From NCBI RefSeq assembly GCF_009914755.1, contig NC_060938.1: a stretch of 64,000 nucleotides of DNA; one strand, 5' to 3'. Origin of the DNA: the human T2T-CHM13v2.0 reference genome, Homo sapiens. The position numbers and the translations under genes are program-made. The notes under the pieces were generated by a model that was not told the origin of the DNA, did not search any database, and saw only the letters and a list, made by a program, of their open reading frames with translations. Positions 41,843 through 53,504 of this stretch are shown piece after piece. The first letter of the stretch is position 1. Each line of letters opens with the position of its first letter.

Positions 41843-42543
41843 TTTTTTAGAAAACAGCTTTATTCAGATAATCACATACTATACAACTTGCCCGTTTAAA
41901 GTGTGCAAATCAGTGTTTTTTGGTATATTGTGTTATTAATTTTTAAAAATTATAAAATGTATACAACAGAACATTTACCGTTTCAACCACTTTTAAGTGT
42001 ACAATTCAACGGCACTAATTACATTCACAATGTTGTGCAAACATCACTATTTCCAAAACTTTTTCATCATCCCAAACAGAAAGTCTTAACCATTAAAAAA
42101 TAACTCCTTATTTCTCTCTCCTCCAACACGTGGCAACCTCTAATCTAATTTTTACCTATGCATTTGCCACATTCTAAGTACCTCATATATGCAGAATCAT
42201 ACAATACTTATCTTTTTATTTTGGTGTCTTTCATTTAGCATAACGTCTTCCAATTCATTCATGTTGTAGCATGCATCAGAACTTCATGACTTAATGGCTG
42301 AATAATATCTCGTATGGCTATACCACATTTTGTTTTTACCTGTTCATCTTTTGATGGACATTTAGGAGGTTTCCATCTATTGGCTATTGTGAATAATGCT
42401 GCTATGAAAATTGGCTTATAAGCATCTATTTGATACAATTGTTGGATCATATGGCAATTCTATGTTTAACTTTTTGAGAATTGCCAAACTGTTTTCCACA
42501 GCAGCTGCACCAAGGTACATTCCCACCAGCAATGCGTGAAGGT
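41843..42543 (-). mobile_element. L1MB 3' ends (short piece 41843-41930 plus MB4-like piece 41935-42543)
   Basis: TTTTAAGTGTACAATTCA...TACATTCACAATGTTGTGCAA...CCAAAACTTTTTCATCATCCCAAACAGAAA. Confidence 0.85.
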
Positions 42544-43031
42544 CAACGCTTTTACTTTTACACAAATACCACGTTTTCCCCCAAGGCAGGTAAACACTGA
42601 CAGGGCTGCTTGGAAAGGACAGTTTCAGTTCACAGGTGGATGTTCAGAGGTACCTAGTGCCTCATTCTAACCTGGTTTCTCTTTGCTCCTTCAGTTGTCT
42701 GCTAGTCATATTTGTTCATGCCTGGCCCCCAGTTATTAATACAGGTTGAGTTCTAGTCCCCGAAACTTTTTAAGCCTTAATGCAAATTAGTCAAAAAAAC
42801 GCAGATATAAGAAAGGGGACCCACTGCTAGTTCCAGACCCAAATGTCTACTTTGGCTTAGCTGGGTGAAACTTTTAATACTGTATTTATGTAGAGACTGA
42901 GCTGGTGGCTCTGCCTGAAAAGGCTAAACAATTTAACGAAAAAAAAAGTCATTCATTCGATGAGTTATGAACTGGTTAATAAGCCATGTGAGTCCAGGCC
43001 CTTCAGGAAGCAGGCACCGAGATGGGATGAA

Positions 43032-43587
43032 GGCTGGACATGGTGGCTTGTGCCTGTAATCCCAGCACTTTGGGAGGCTGAGGCAGGAGGATTATTTGAA
43101 CCCAGGAGTTTGAGATCAGCCTGGCCAGCATAGGCAGACTCTGCCTCTATAAAAAGTAGAAAAAAAAAAAGAAAAATTAGCCAGGCACTATGGTGCACAC
43201 CTGTGGTCCCAGCTACTTGGGAGGCTGAAGTGGGAGGATGGCTTGAGCCCAGGAAGTTGAGGTTGCAGTGAGCCATGATCACACACTGCGCTCTAGCCTG
43301 GGCAACAGAGCAAGACCCTGTCTCTCTCTCTCTCTCTCCAGAAATACATTATAATATATAATTAAACATATAGAAGTTATTATATATTTATAATTTAATT
43401 ATAATTTTAAAACAATTTAATTATAATTTAATTCCTATATATTTAATTATAACATATAATTAAATATATATTTATATTTATACATTTAATAGAACTATAT
43501 ATTTATTTATATTTATATATTTAATAGAAATATATATTTATATTTATCTATTTAGTAGAAAAAGAAAGAAAAAGAAAATAAAAAAAA
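43032..43587 (+). mobile_element. AluJ with expanded composite tail
   Basis: Dimeric AluJ body 43032-~43325, then (TC)n, an AT-rich block and an A-run; TSD AGATGGGAT (43020-43028 / 43588-43596). Confidence 0.9.
43341..43560. repeat. AT-rich low-complexity block
   Basis: Almost exclusively A/T, with ATTTAATTATA and TATATATTTA iterations. Confidence 0.9.
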
Positions 43588-45591
43588 AGATGGGATAAGA
43601 TGTGCAAGAGATCTCTTTGGGAAATGTCTGAGGTGGGCAGGAAGTCAAAGGGGCCAAAAGAGTCATCAGTTTGAGACATAGTTCTGGCTCCTAGTCAAAG
43701 CTGGGCATCAGAGGAGGCCCTCATTTCCGAGGAATGGGCCTGTCTCAGTCTCGGTCATGCTCAGTTTTGAGCTGGAAGCAGCCCTGGGGAGGCAAGGTCT
43801 CAGCACAAACACAGCGATGGGTTTCAGAGCAATAGCTGGGGCCGCAGTCGAACTTCTGAAAGGCGCAGTTCCATTGAGATGATCAAGTGGGTTTGTGCAT
43901 AGTGACATTTAGAGCGATTCTTAGGAAGTTTCCGGGAAAAAAAAAATTCTACTGGGAGGATCTTTCGGCATTTCCTGTTAGAGGCCTTCTCTTCTGACAG
44001 CCCTCTAGAAATTTCACACTGTACTCTATTTACTTATCACAGCAATCTGACAATGTCTCACCTTCCAAAGTGCTTGGGGTTTGTGGTCAGCTATGTGTTA
44101 ACTTTTTGATCAAAGTGGGGGGTTCTAAGTAGAACGACTTTAACAGAAAGTCATTTGGCACTGAATCTGCTGAGTGACTATAGCTTTGAGTGCTTTGACA
44201 GCTATGAAACCACTCTATTTTGATTAAGTCCCTTACCCAAATGGCTCAAGTGGTGGGGTCAGAACTGGAAAACAGACCTCCTGACGCCCAACCCAATGCT
44301 TCTCTCAGTATTTTTCAATGGTATTTTATTTTCCCCTTAAGTTCTCCTTCATTGTTAGCGATAGTTTGGACCCCTGAAAACTTCACCCTGGCTTGCAAAT
44401 CCCCTGGGACCTGTGGGACCTGTGGGCATCTAAGAGGGATGTTTTGCTCAACGTGGTGGGAGGACTTCATTCTATGCCATCTCACCTTATCTCTGATGCC
44501 TGCATTTACCATTTCCTCCTCATTAAAATCTTCACTCACTTATCCTTTGTCTCCCAGCATCCTCTCTCAGTTCCAGCCACAAACCTTGGCTGTGTTATCC
44601 CTGCTGCCTCTGGCTCCCCTCTTTTGACCCAGAGTCCCACTGGGTGGATCAACCAGGAGCTGTCTACACATTGGACATAGCTTGGGGCCTTCCCACCCTT
44701 GTGTTAAGGGACCCCACGCAGGAAGGTTGGCACCTGCAGCTTGGCCACGCATCAAGGAGTGAATTACTGATGTCATGGAATAGGCTTTTGAATTCAGCGG
44801 ACCTAAGATACCTTCCCACCCTCAGAATCTGTAAACTTTTAGAACTCTATTCATAGCAGGAATATACTCTTCTCTGTGGCACTGAACTAAATTAGAGAAA
44901 ATGCATTGACTGCGGACAGGGAAGGGAGTTTGATTAATTAGGGGCCTAGCTCAGGCATGGCAGCAAACTTTCACTGCTCCTGCTGTTGCTGTACATTAGC
45001 ATTCAGCTGTTGCCGAGTTTTAAATAGCACCTCTCCCCCAAAGGAAAACTTCAAGGTCCATTCATTTACTAAAGCCTACAAATTTTCCCAGGGGATCAAA
45101 TGCTAGACTGTCAGCCCTAGGGTCAGGGAGGCTATGCTTACACAGTTCAAGGAGAGCCTAGGGAAGGTTTCTTTTCCCTGCTTTCTGTGCATGCTCCTGG
45201 GGAGGGAGTCTTGTGTTTGCTACACTGTCTTTCCTTATTGGGAATGGGGGCAGTGCAGCTTTTGCTGTCTGGATACAACATTTTTACATATAAGACAATG
45301 GGGTTTACAATTCTGTTTTCATTTCACTCTTATTAAAAACAAAATGGAGGCACTAAGACATTTTGGTCAAGAAAAATACAAGTCAAGGCTGGGAAGTACA
45401 AACAGCAACACGAGGACCCCATGTTTGTAGAGCCTAACACAAGTTACAATGCCTTTCATACTCAGAAACTGATTTCATCTTACATACATCTTGAAGGGTT
45501 TACAGGGCAAATGCTGTTATCTCCATTTTATATGAAAAACATTCATTCTTTTAGCAAGCAAGTACTTAGTATCTACTAAAGTTTCCTTCCT

Positions 45592-45815
45592 AATATTTAT
45601 TGAGTGCCAGGCATAAGTTACTTGCTATCTAATCTAAAGCCCAGAGTGACCCTGTGAAATAGTTGCTATTGTTAACCCCATTTGGCAGGTGAGAAAATGA
45701 AACCACAGAGGAGTGATATGGGATGGCAGAGTTAGGATCTGAGTTTGTGCTGTCTGACTCCAGAACCAGTGCTCTGGACTGTTCTGCGGTACCCACAAGC
45801 AGTCTGTTAACCACA
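45592..45815 (-). mobile_element. MIR
   Basis: AATATTTATTGAGTGCCAGGCA...CCCCATTTGGCAGGTGAGAAAATGAA...CTGACTCCAGAACCAGTGCTC. Confidence 0.75.
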
Positions 45816-45849
45816 TGAAGAAATAATGACTCAGGTCGAGTGGATAAAT

Positions 45850-48625
45850 GCTGCGAGGGAAAAGTGCAATGTGCCACAAGAAAATAGAACAAGTGTCCTA
45901 ACAATCTAGAGATTGAGGAGAGGCTTCTTTAAGAAAATAACAATTAAACTGAGGCCTGAAGAAGGGGTAGGAACAAGACAGGGGAGTGGGGTGAGTGTGG
46001 GAAGAGTGTGCTAGAGAAAGAGAACAGCACAGGCAAAGTCTGAGTGATGGAAGGAGACCACACTGTGAAGGACTTGAAAGAAGCTTGTCTGTTTGCTCTC
46101 TAGAGATCATGGGGGACAGAGGGAGATGAGGTTAAAGAAATAGGCAAGGTAAGGCTTGATGGTTCATATTAGGAATTGACTCAAAGCACTGGTAATCCAC
46201 TGGAGGGAAGATTTCAGCCCATGGAGATGCATGTGGCTGCTGTGAGGCGAGAGGATTAAAGGAGGCAAAAGCAGAAGTGGAGAGAGTGGCCAGGAGACCA
46301 TGACAGGAAGTGGACGCAGAGAAAGGAACAAGTCGGCTGATGTTGAGGAGGTAACGTAAAGTTGACATGACCTGGTGACTGCTGTGAGCTGGGAGGAAGG
46401 AAAAGCAGACAACATCCAGATGCGTGGCAAACCCCTCAGTTGACAGTGATGCCATTTCCTCAGAGCAAACACCAGAGAAAAGCCAGGTTGGTGATGTGGT
46501 GAATAAATAGAACACAAGTGAAATTTTGAACAAGTTGAATTTCAGATGTCAGGGAAATATGCAGAGAAGCACATGAATCTGGAGCTCACAAGGGAGTTCT
46601 GTGCTAAATATACACATCCATGAGTCACTGAGACGAGCCCCAGGGAAGAGTAAAGTTGAGGCCTAGATTATAACCCAGCACACTACCATATTTCAAGGTC
46701 CTGTAAAGAAGGGAGACCCACAAAAGAACAAGGAGGAAAAAAGAAAAAAACAGAACTATGGAGTTAACGAAAGGGGTGGAAAAAAAGAGGGACTATGTAA
46801 CTAATGTGAAGACATCAGGTAAAATGAGGGTTGAAAAGTGATTTAGGTTCTCAAGGGCATGAGTGGTCTTAGCAGGGGCCATTTCAGTGCTGTGGTGGGT
46901 AGAGACATTATGTTACAGTGAGTGGAGGAGTGAGGGAGTATAGGGTCAGTGAGTGGCAGAATGAGTGGACAATGAGTGAGCGAAAAGAAAGTGCATGGAA
47001 GAGTGAGTGAGTGGAGGAGTGAGTGAGTGGAAGAGTGAGTGGAGGAGTGAGTGGAGAAGTGAGTGAGTGGGGGAGTGAGTGAGTGGGGGAGTGAGTGAGT
47101 GGAGGAGTGAGTGAGTGGAAGAGTGAGTGGAGGAGTGAGTGGAGAAGTGAGTGAGTGGGGGAGTGAGTGAGTGGGGGAGTGAGTGAGTGGAGGAGTGAGT
47201 GAGTGGAAGAGTGAGTGGAGGAGTGAGTGGAGAAGTGAGTGAGTGGGGGAGTGAGTGAGTGGGGGAGTGAGTGAGTGGAGGAGTGAGTGAGTGGAAGAGT
47301 GAGTGGAGGAGTGAGTGAGTGGAGAAGTGAGTGGGGGAGTGAGTGAGCAGAGGAGTGAGTGAGTGGAAGGTGAGTGAGTGGAGGAGTGAGTGGAACGTGA
47401 GTGAGTGGAGGAGTGAGTGGAAGGTGAGTGAGTGGAAGGTGAGTGAGTGGAAGGTGAGTGAGTGGAAGGTGAATGAGTGGGGGAGTGAGTGAGTGGAAGG
47501 TGAGTGAGTGGAGGAGTGAGTGAGTGGAGGAGTGAGTGGAAGGTGAGTGAATGGAAGGTGAGTGAGTGGAAGGTGAGTGAGTGGAAGGTGAGTGAGTGAG
47601 TGAGTGGAAGGTGAGTGAGTGGAGGAATGAGTAAGTGCAGGAGTGAGTGAGTGGAGGAGTGAGTGACTGGAAGGTGAGTGAGTGGAAAGTGAGTGAGTGG
47701 AGGAGTGAGTGAGTGGAAGGTGAGTGAGTGGGGGAGTGAGTGAGTGGAAGGTGAGTGAGTGGAAGGTGAGTGAGTGGAGGAGTGAGTAACTGGAGGAGTG
47801 AGTGAGCGGAGGAGTGAGTGAGTTGAAGATGAGTGAGTGGAAGGTGAGTGAGTGGAACGTGAGTGAGTGGAAGATGAGTGAGTGGAAGGTGAGTGAGTGG
47901 AACGTGAGTGAGTGGAAGATGAGTGAGTGGAAGGTGAGTGAGTGGAACGTGAGTGAGTGGAAGATGAGTGAGTGGAAGGTGAGTGAGTGGAACGTGAGTG
48001 AGTGGAAGATGAGTGAGTGGAAGGTGAGTGAGTGGAGGAGTGAGTGAGTGGAAAATGAGTGAGTGGAAGATGAGTGAGTGGAGGAGTGAGTGAGTGGAAG
48101 ATGAGTGAGTGGAGGAGTGAGTGATGGAAGGTGAGTGAGTGGGGGAGTGAGTGAGTGGAAGGTGAGTGAGTGGAAGATGAGTGAGTGGAACGTGAGTGAG
48201 TGGAAGATGAGTGAGTGGAAGGTGAGTGAGTGGAACGTGAGTGAGTGGAAGATGAGTGAGTGGAAGGTGAGTGAGTGGAGGAGTGAGTGAGTGGAAAATG
48301 AGTGAGTGGAAGATGAGTGAGTGGAGGAGTGAGTGAGTGGAAGATGAGTGAGTGGAGGAGTGAGTGATGGAAGGTGAGTGAGTGGGGGAGTGAGTGAGTG
48401 GAAGGTGAGTGAGTGGAAGGTGAGTGAGTGGAGGAATGAGTAACTGGAGGAGTGAGTGAGTGGAGGAGTGAGTGAGTGGAAGATGAGTGAGTGGAAGATG
48501 AGTGAGTGGAGGAGTGAGTGAGTGGAAGGTGAATGAGCGAGTGGAGGAGTAAGTGGAAGGTTAGTGAGTGGAAGAAGTGTGTGGAGACAAAGATTGCTGA
48601 CAAGAACTCATAGTATTTCGCTGTG
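45850..48625 (-). mobile_element. L2a, ~1.1 kb, split by the minisatellite
   Basis: AGAACAGCACAGGCAAAG...TTTTGAACAAGTTGAATTTCAGATGTC...GCCATTTCAGTGCTGTGGTGGG | array | GTGGAGACAAAGATTGCTGACAA. Confidence 0.7.
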
Positions 48626-48642
48626 TTGTGCGGGATCTCCAT
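46843..48642 (-). other. 599-codon ATG-initiated ORF across the minisatellite (Ser/Thr/His/Leu/Pro-rich); coding status unsupported
   Basis: From the ORF track; AGCATGG start context; lack of stops is largely explained by the G-poor strand. Confidence 0.1.
46918..48575 (+). repeat. Complex (GAGT)2-3-GGAG/GGAAG minisatellite (12/15/16-bp units) with higher-order repeats
   Basis: Read directly from the sequence; 88-bp x3, 45-bp x4 and 243-bp x2 higher-order blocks. Confidence 0.98.
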
Positions 48643-48834
48643 GCTGAGAAAGATGTAGTGTCCCTGTAGGCTGCATGGTAAGCCACGGTTTCAGGCAGGC
48701 GCACAGGTGTGCCCGGTGGAGAGTAGTGGTTTTTCAGCCACCAGTACGGACTGATTCTTCGGTAACAAAACTTGCTCCTGTTGACTCCTATCCTGTGTTA
48801 ATTTTTAAAAGTTTTCCTAATGACTGCTGAATGA

Positions 48835-49169
<335 letters not shown>

Positions 49170-49902
49170 CTATTCTGGGTCAAATTTTACAATTTTTCTT
49201 CTGGTTGGACCTGTCTGTCTTATACATAACTGATGGTTTTGGCTCCCTATAATAATGTAGAATTCATGTCTATATTTCCGTTTCAGGCCTTTTGGTCCAT
49301 AAGAAAATCTGTTGTTTTAGATAAGCGAAGTGAAGACTATGCTGAGGTTATGTGCGTGCATTTAATTAATGTGTAGCATCTCGTTTTGTGGCACTTAGGA
49401 AAAAGCCGCATGAAGAGGAGGGTATTTTAGGAAATCTAAGACTGAGCACTGGTTTGTCCATGGCCTGTGGCTTTGACAAAGCCCTCTTCCACCTTTGGGG
49501 TCACGTGCAAATCAAAGTGAGAAGTAGGCAGCATTTTTGTGTGCTCAGCCACAAACCCTAGGAGTCCTGATGGACATTTCATCGTGATGCACAATGGAGG
49601 CATCTTGATGAGTGTCAGGAGGACAGATTGTAATGCTACATTCATACGAGGCACTCCTTTGCCAATTATTCCCATCCAAGAGTCATTCATTTTTTATATT
49701 AGAATGATATTAAATTATAACAAGAATGAAAGGTGAACTAAGAAATCTTACTGCCCACATAAATCTTCCCTTCTGGTACCATCATTCTTCAAAAGGAAGA
49801 AGGCATATTCTCCCATATTTGTAGAGGTCCTGCTTCTGAGGGTCCTAGGGACCCTGTAGATGTCTGGAGGACACAGCAAAAAAAAAAAAAAAGCTTTCTA
49901 AT

Positions 49903-49923
49903 TGTGTGTGTGTGTGTGTGTGT
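49903..49923 (+). repeat. (TG)n microsatellite
   Basis: Direct reading. Confidence 0.9.
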
Positions 49924-51689
49924 ATCGTTTGGAGCCAGTGTGTAAATTGAGATCACAAAATTCCTGAAGAAGTTCAAGGTAGTGTTTCTAGAATGTTGCA
50001 ACACTCCATATGAAAGGAAAAAGTCAACTGTTTACTTGGACTTAAAGGGTGTGTCTGCAAAAACGTTACCTGGATTTACTAGATATTTTGCCATTGAGTA
50101 AATGTAACCTGGTCTAAATTTCATCCTAACTTGGCACCCATAGATTGCTCTGACATCCAGCTGTTATTATATCCTGGCTAATGGTAAAGTGGGTCATTGT
50201 TTCTAATTTTTCAGTAGACTCATGTCTCAGGTTGTTTTGAGCACTTCCTTCTATATGGTAAATCATTAGTTGCAGTTCCCAGAACTCTGCTTCCTCTTTC
50301 TATCTTCTTCATGTGGTAGCAATAACAGTATAGAATAAAGCTAAATAGCACATTCATCTATGAAATGCAATCACATTCAAATGAAACTCACTTGTTTGAG
50401 GCTTTTGAGCCTGCAAAGTAACTACCTATTTGATGAACCAAAAAGGAAGACAAGCCATTTGACTTAAGAGAAAAGACCAGGGGGTTTCAGGGTCTTTGTC
50501 ACAAAGCTATTGCTTCTTGAATGGCATTGTCCCAGGCCTGGAAAGCAACTGACTTCTGAGACAAGTGCAGTTTGCCTCAAGCCTCACTGCATTGTGCCAT
50601 TAGATAGAACCTGAGTGAGACCCAAAGATGATAAAACTGTGCAGCCTACCTGACTTCTTGAAATTCCTTTGTTGAAAGAATCCTTAATTTTGAAATTTCT
50701 CCAAGACATTTAATTTGCTCAATTTCTTAATAAATCTTCCTGTAATTTCTCAGTGGGCCATGCAGGCAATATTTACTTTATTTGAATAATGACTAACAAT
50801 ATAGATAAGGAAGCTTCTCTTTAAAGTGTATCAATTGATGAATGACTTGGGCAAGATTCACTTTACGGCTCTTGGCTGTATTATTAGTCATTTTATAATA
50901 ATGAGTTTTTGTCACTTGAAAATTCAACTTTCTTTGTGAAAACCCAGTTATAGTCACATGTGTTTGGTGCTGTTAGCTAGGGAGAATGTGACCATACTCA
51001 CCCTGTGACAATTCAATGACTTTGGCTTTGAAGGAAAAATTTACTAAGCTTTTTGATAGTACACCCTTGAAGAGCACTGCCCAATAATATGGAGAATCAC
51101 AAAGCTGGACAGGCCCTTAGATCTCTTCCAGCCAAAGCCCCTGATTTACAGAAAAGTAAACTGAGGCACAGAGCCGACCACAGGGTTACCTGTATTGTTA
51201 GGCTGCCCACCCTAGATCAATACAAGTTTCCCATGTGCTTCTGCTTTTAGGAAATACATGGGGTTTTGTCCCAAATTTACCCTCTAGTTGGGGAGGTAAA
51301 AGTGGCACATGTAAACGTTTAAAGATAGCACACAGCAAGATATCAAGTATAATCAGATGTAGCCCGTACTCAATGCAACAGGCTGCATTTTATAGCCATG
51401 CTGCATATTAGGACCAGTCCGTAGTTCAGGTTGGAAAACAAAGCAAGTTTTGAGGCAGAGCAGAGCAGAGAGAACCATCATTCTGTGGTATAACATAATC
51501 TGGGCCATCTGCCGCTTTAGTCTGGGTTACATGTGGCAAAACTGTCGAGTGCATCAGCCAGAGGGACTCCAGGATGCAGATAACCCAGCTTAGAACCACT
51601 CTGACAAGAAGATCAGGAAAGCCTGAAGCTCTTGCCCCACGGGACTTTCTTCCATCTCATTCTGGCAGTGTCTCCTAAACAGGAGGCCC

Positions 51690-51935
51690 ATATAGTACAG
51701 GAGCTAATAGCACAGGTTCTAGAGCCAGATGGACCTGGATAGGTCCCAGCCCTGCTAGTATGTCATTGTGTGACTTTGAGCACATTATTTTACTCAAGTT
51801 TCATTTCCTCATCTGTAAAATGAGGATATAATTAATGCCTGCCTCACTAATTCTGTGAAGATCAATTGAGATAATGCATGGAAGTAAAACATCCAGCAAT
51901 TTCTGACATAGAACAATGCTTATTGCAAAGATCTA
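51690..51935 (+). mobile_element. MIR
   Basis: TCTAGAGCCAGA...TGTGTGACTTTGAGCA...TTTCCTCATCTGTAAAATGAGGATA. Confidence 0.85.
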
Positions 51936-52171
51936 TTATTAATATACTCAAATAAACTATGCTATTAGCAATGAGAGAGTGTGTGTGGGGGTGCTGTGTG
52001 TGTGTATATGTTTCCATATACCATTTTCTGGCTGTTTTAGCCATCAAGGAGAGATTTGAATTATGGAATCCAATTGGTTGTACAAGGAATAGCCATATAA
52101 TGGCTGGAAACAACAAATGATGTTAAGGTGGAATCCTAAGGAACAGCTCATTTGTAAGTGGTCCTGTGAAT

Positions 52172-52598
52172 TGTTAGAAGTTTATCAATCGGCTTCTTTT
52201 TTACAGGCACAAAGGAAGACTACATTTCCCAGGCTGCCTCACAGTCAGGTTCAGGCCATTTGACTGCATTATAACCAATAAGATGTGAGAAGAATTCATG
52301 TGCACCACTTCCATGTTGAATGTAAACCCACTTGATGATTCTCTACTCTTGCCACTCTTTCTTCTCTTTTCCATGGTCACATGTTCCAGATGGAGTAACT
52401 ACCACATGGAATGAGCACATATCCCTTAGTTATTGCTGGTAGCAGAGCCAAGGAGTGCAGTTACCCACAGTTTATAAAATATTGCATGAGCAAGAAAGAA
52501 TGTTTTACTCTGTTAAGTCTCTGATTGGAGATACTATAATAATATTAGAATAATAATTTGGAAATTATTATGGAAACTAGTGCTAATTATCCTAATGC
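52172..52598 (+). mobile_element. MLT1I-like LTR
   Basis: GGAAGACTACATTTCCCAGGCTGCCT...ACCAATAAGATGTGAG...GAGCAAGAAAGAATGTTTTACTCTGTTAAG. Confidence 0.65.
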
Positions 52599-53504
52599 CT
52601 AATTATGCAAACTGGTTGACTAGAACTATTCAAATGCAAAGAAAATGAAGATAACAAAAATGTCCATATTGAAATAATTCAAAGACCAAGTTTAATAACA
52701 CTCAATCATATTAATAAAACATACAAGCCATTTTTAACATCATCCCAAAAATTATGTTATTGGGTTGAGTTTACTTTTGATTATGCAGTTAACCAAATAG
52801 TTTTTTTTTTTTATAATATCCCAAAAGGCAACATTCTGACTTAGGACTGAAAACAGGGTATATGTTTAGTTGTTGCCTGAAAATGCCCTTCACTACATGC
52901 TGCTGAGTGAAAAACAGGAGCATGTTTCAAAAAAGTATAGATTGACTTCATTGAAGAAAAAAACAATTACAGTGTCTACAGTGATGTTTCTCATGGCAGT
53001 GGGGTTATAAATAGTCAAGTAATTTTTCCCATGTACTTTATTATATTTTCTAAATCTTCCACAAAAGCACATATGACTTGTAAACATGGAGATAGTAAAA
53101 TGCTGTCTTTAAAGTATGCTTTAAATATTATTTCAAGTTCTTTATTCTTTTACAGATAAATAATCCCTGAAATTACTAAAATAGAACAACAACAACAACA
53201 AAATAGGCTATTCATATAGATTTTGATAGCAAAATCTTGCTTTACAAAGATTTGTATCTTTGAGCTTATGGGCTTGAGCAAGTCAAGTCACATCATTAGT
53301 TGCAGGTTGTGGGAGGAAGGGCCACAGCTCAGCTAGCAATACCAAGGTGATTTTCAAAAGGAAGGTTTTAAGCTGAAATAGCAGAAAGACCAGAACATTG
53401 GCCTGAAATATCTGTGCTTGCTTTGGAAAAATATCGGTAAGAAAAATTCACCGTAAGAAAGACATTTCTGGTGAAGTTTCTTTAAGAGCCTTCTAGTGGC
53501 CTAA

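Larger units (their letters stand above)
42985..43900 (-). mobile_element. LTR33 (ERVL) interrupted by AluJ
   Basis: GGAAGCAGGCACCGAGATGGGAT | GATGTGCAAGAGAT...AGGAATGGGCCTG...CAAACACAGCGATGGGTTTCAGAGC...GCTGGGGCCG. Confidence 0.7.

Noticed and set aside
47802-48047. 81-aa + strand ORF (MSEWKVSEWNVSEWK)n
   Set aside because: Direct translation of the 45-bp higher-order repeat; no independent evidence
46918-48575. Resemblance to a CRISPR array, telomeric repeat or mucin exon
   Set aside because: No unique spacers, no TTAGGG, and no signal peptide or flanking mucin-domain exons; it is a simple-sequence-derived VNTR
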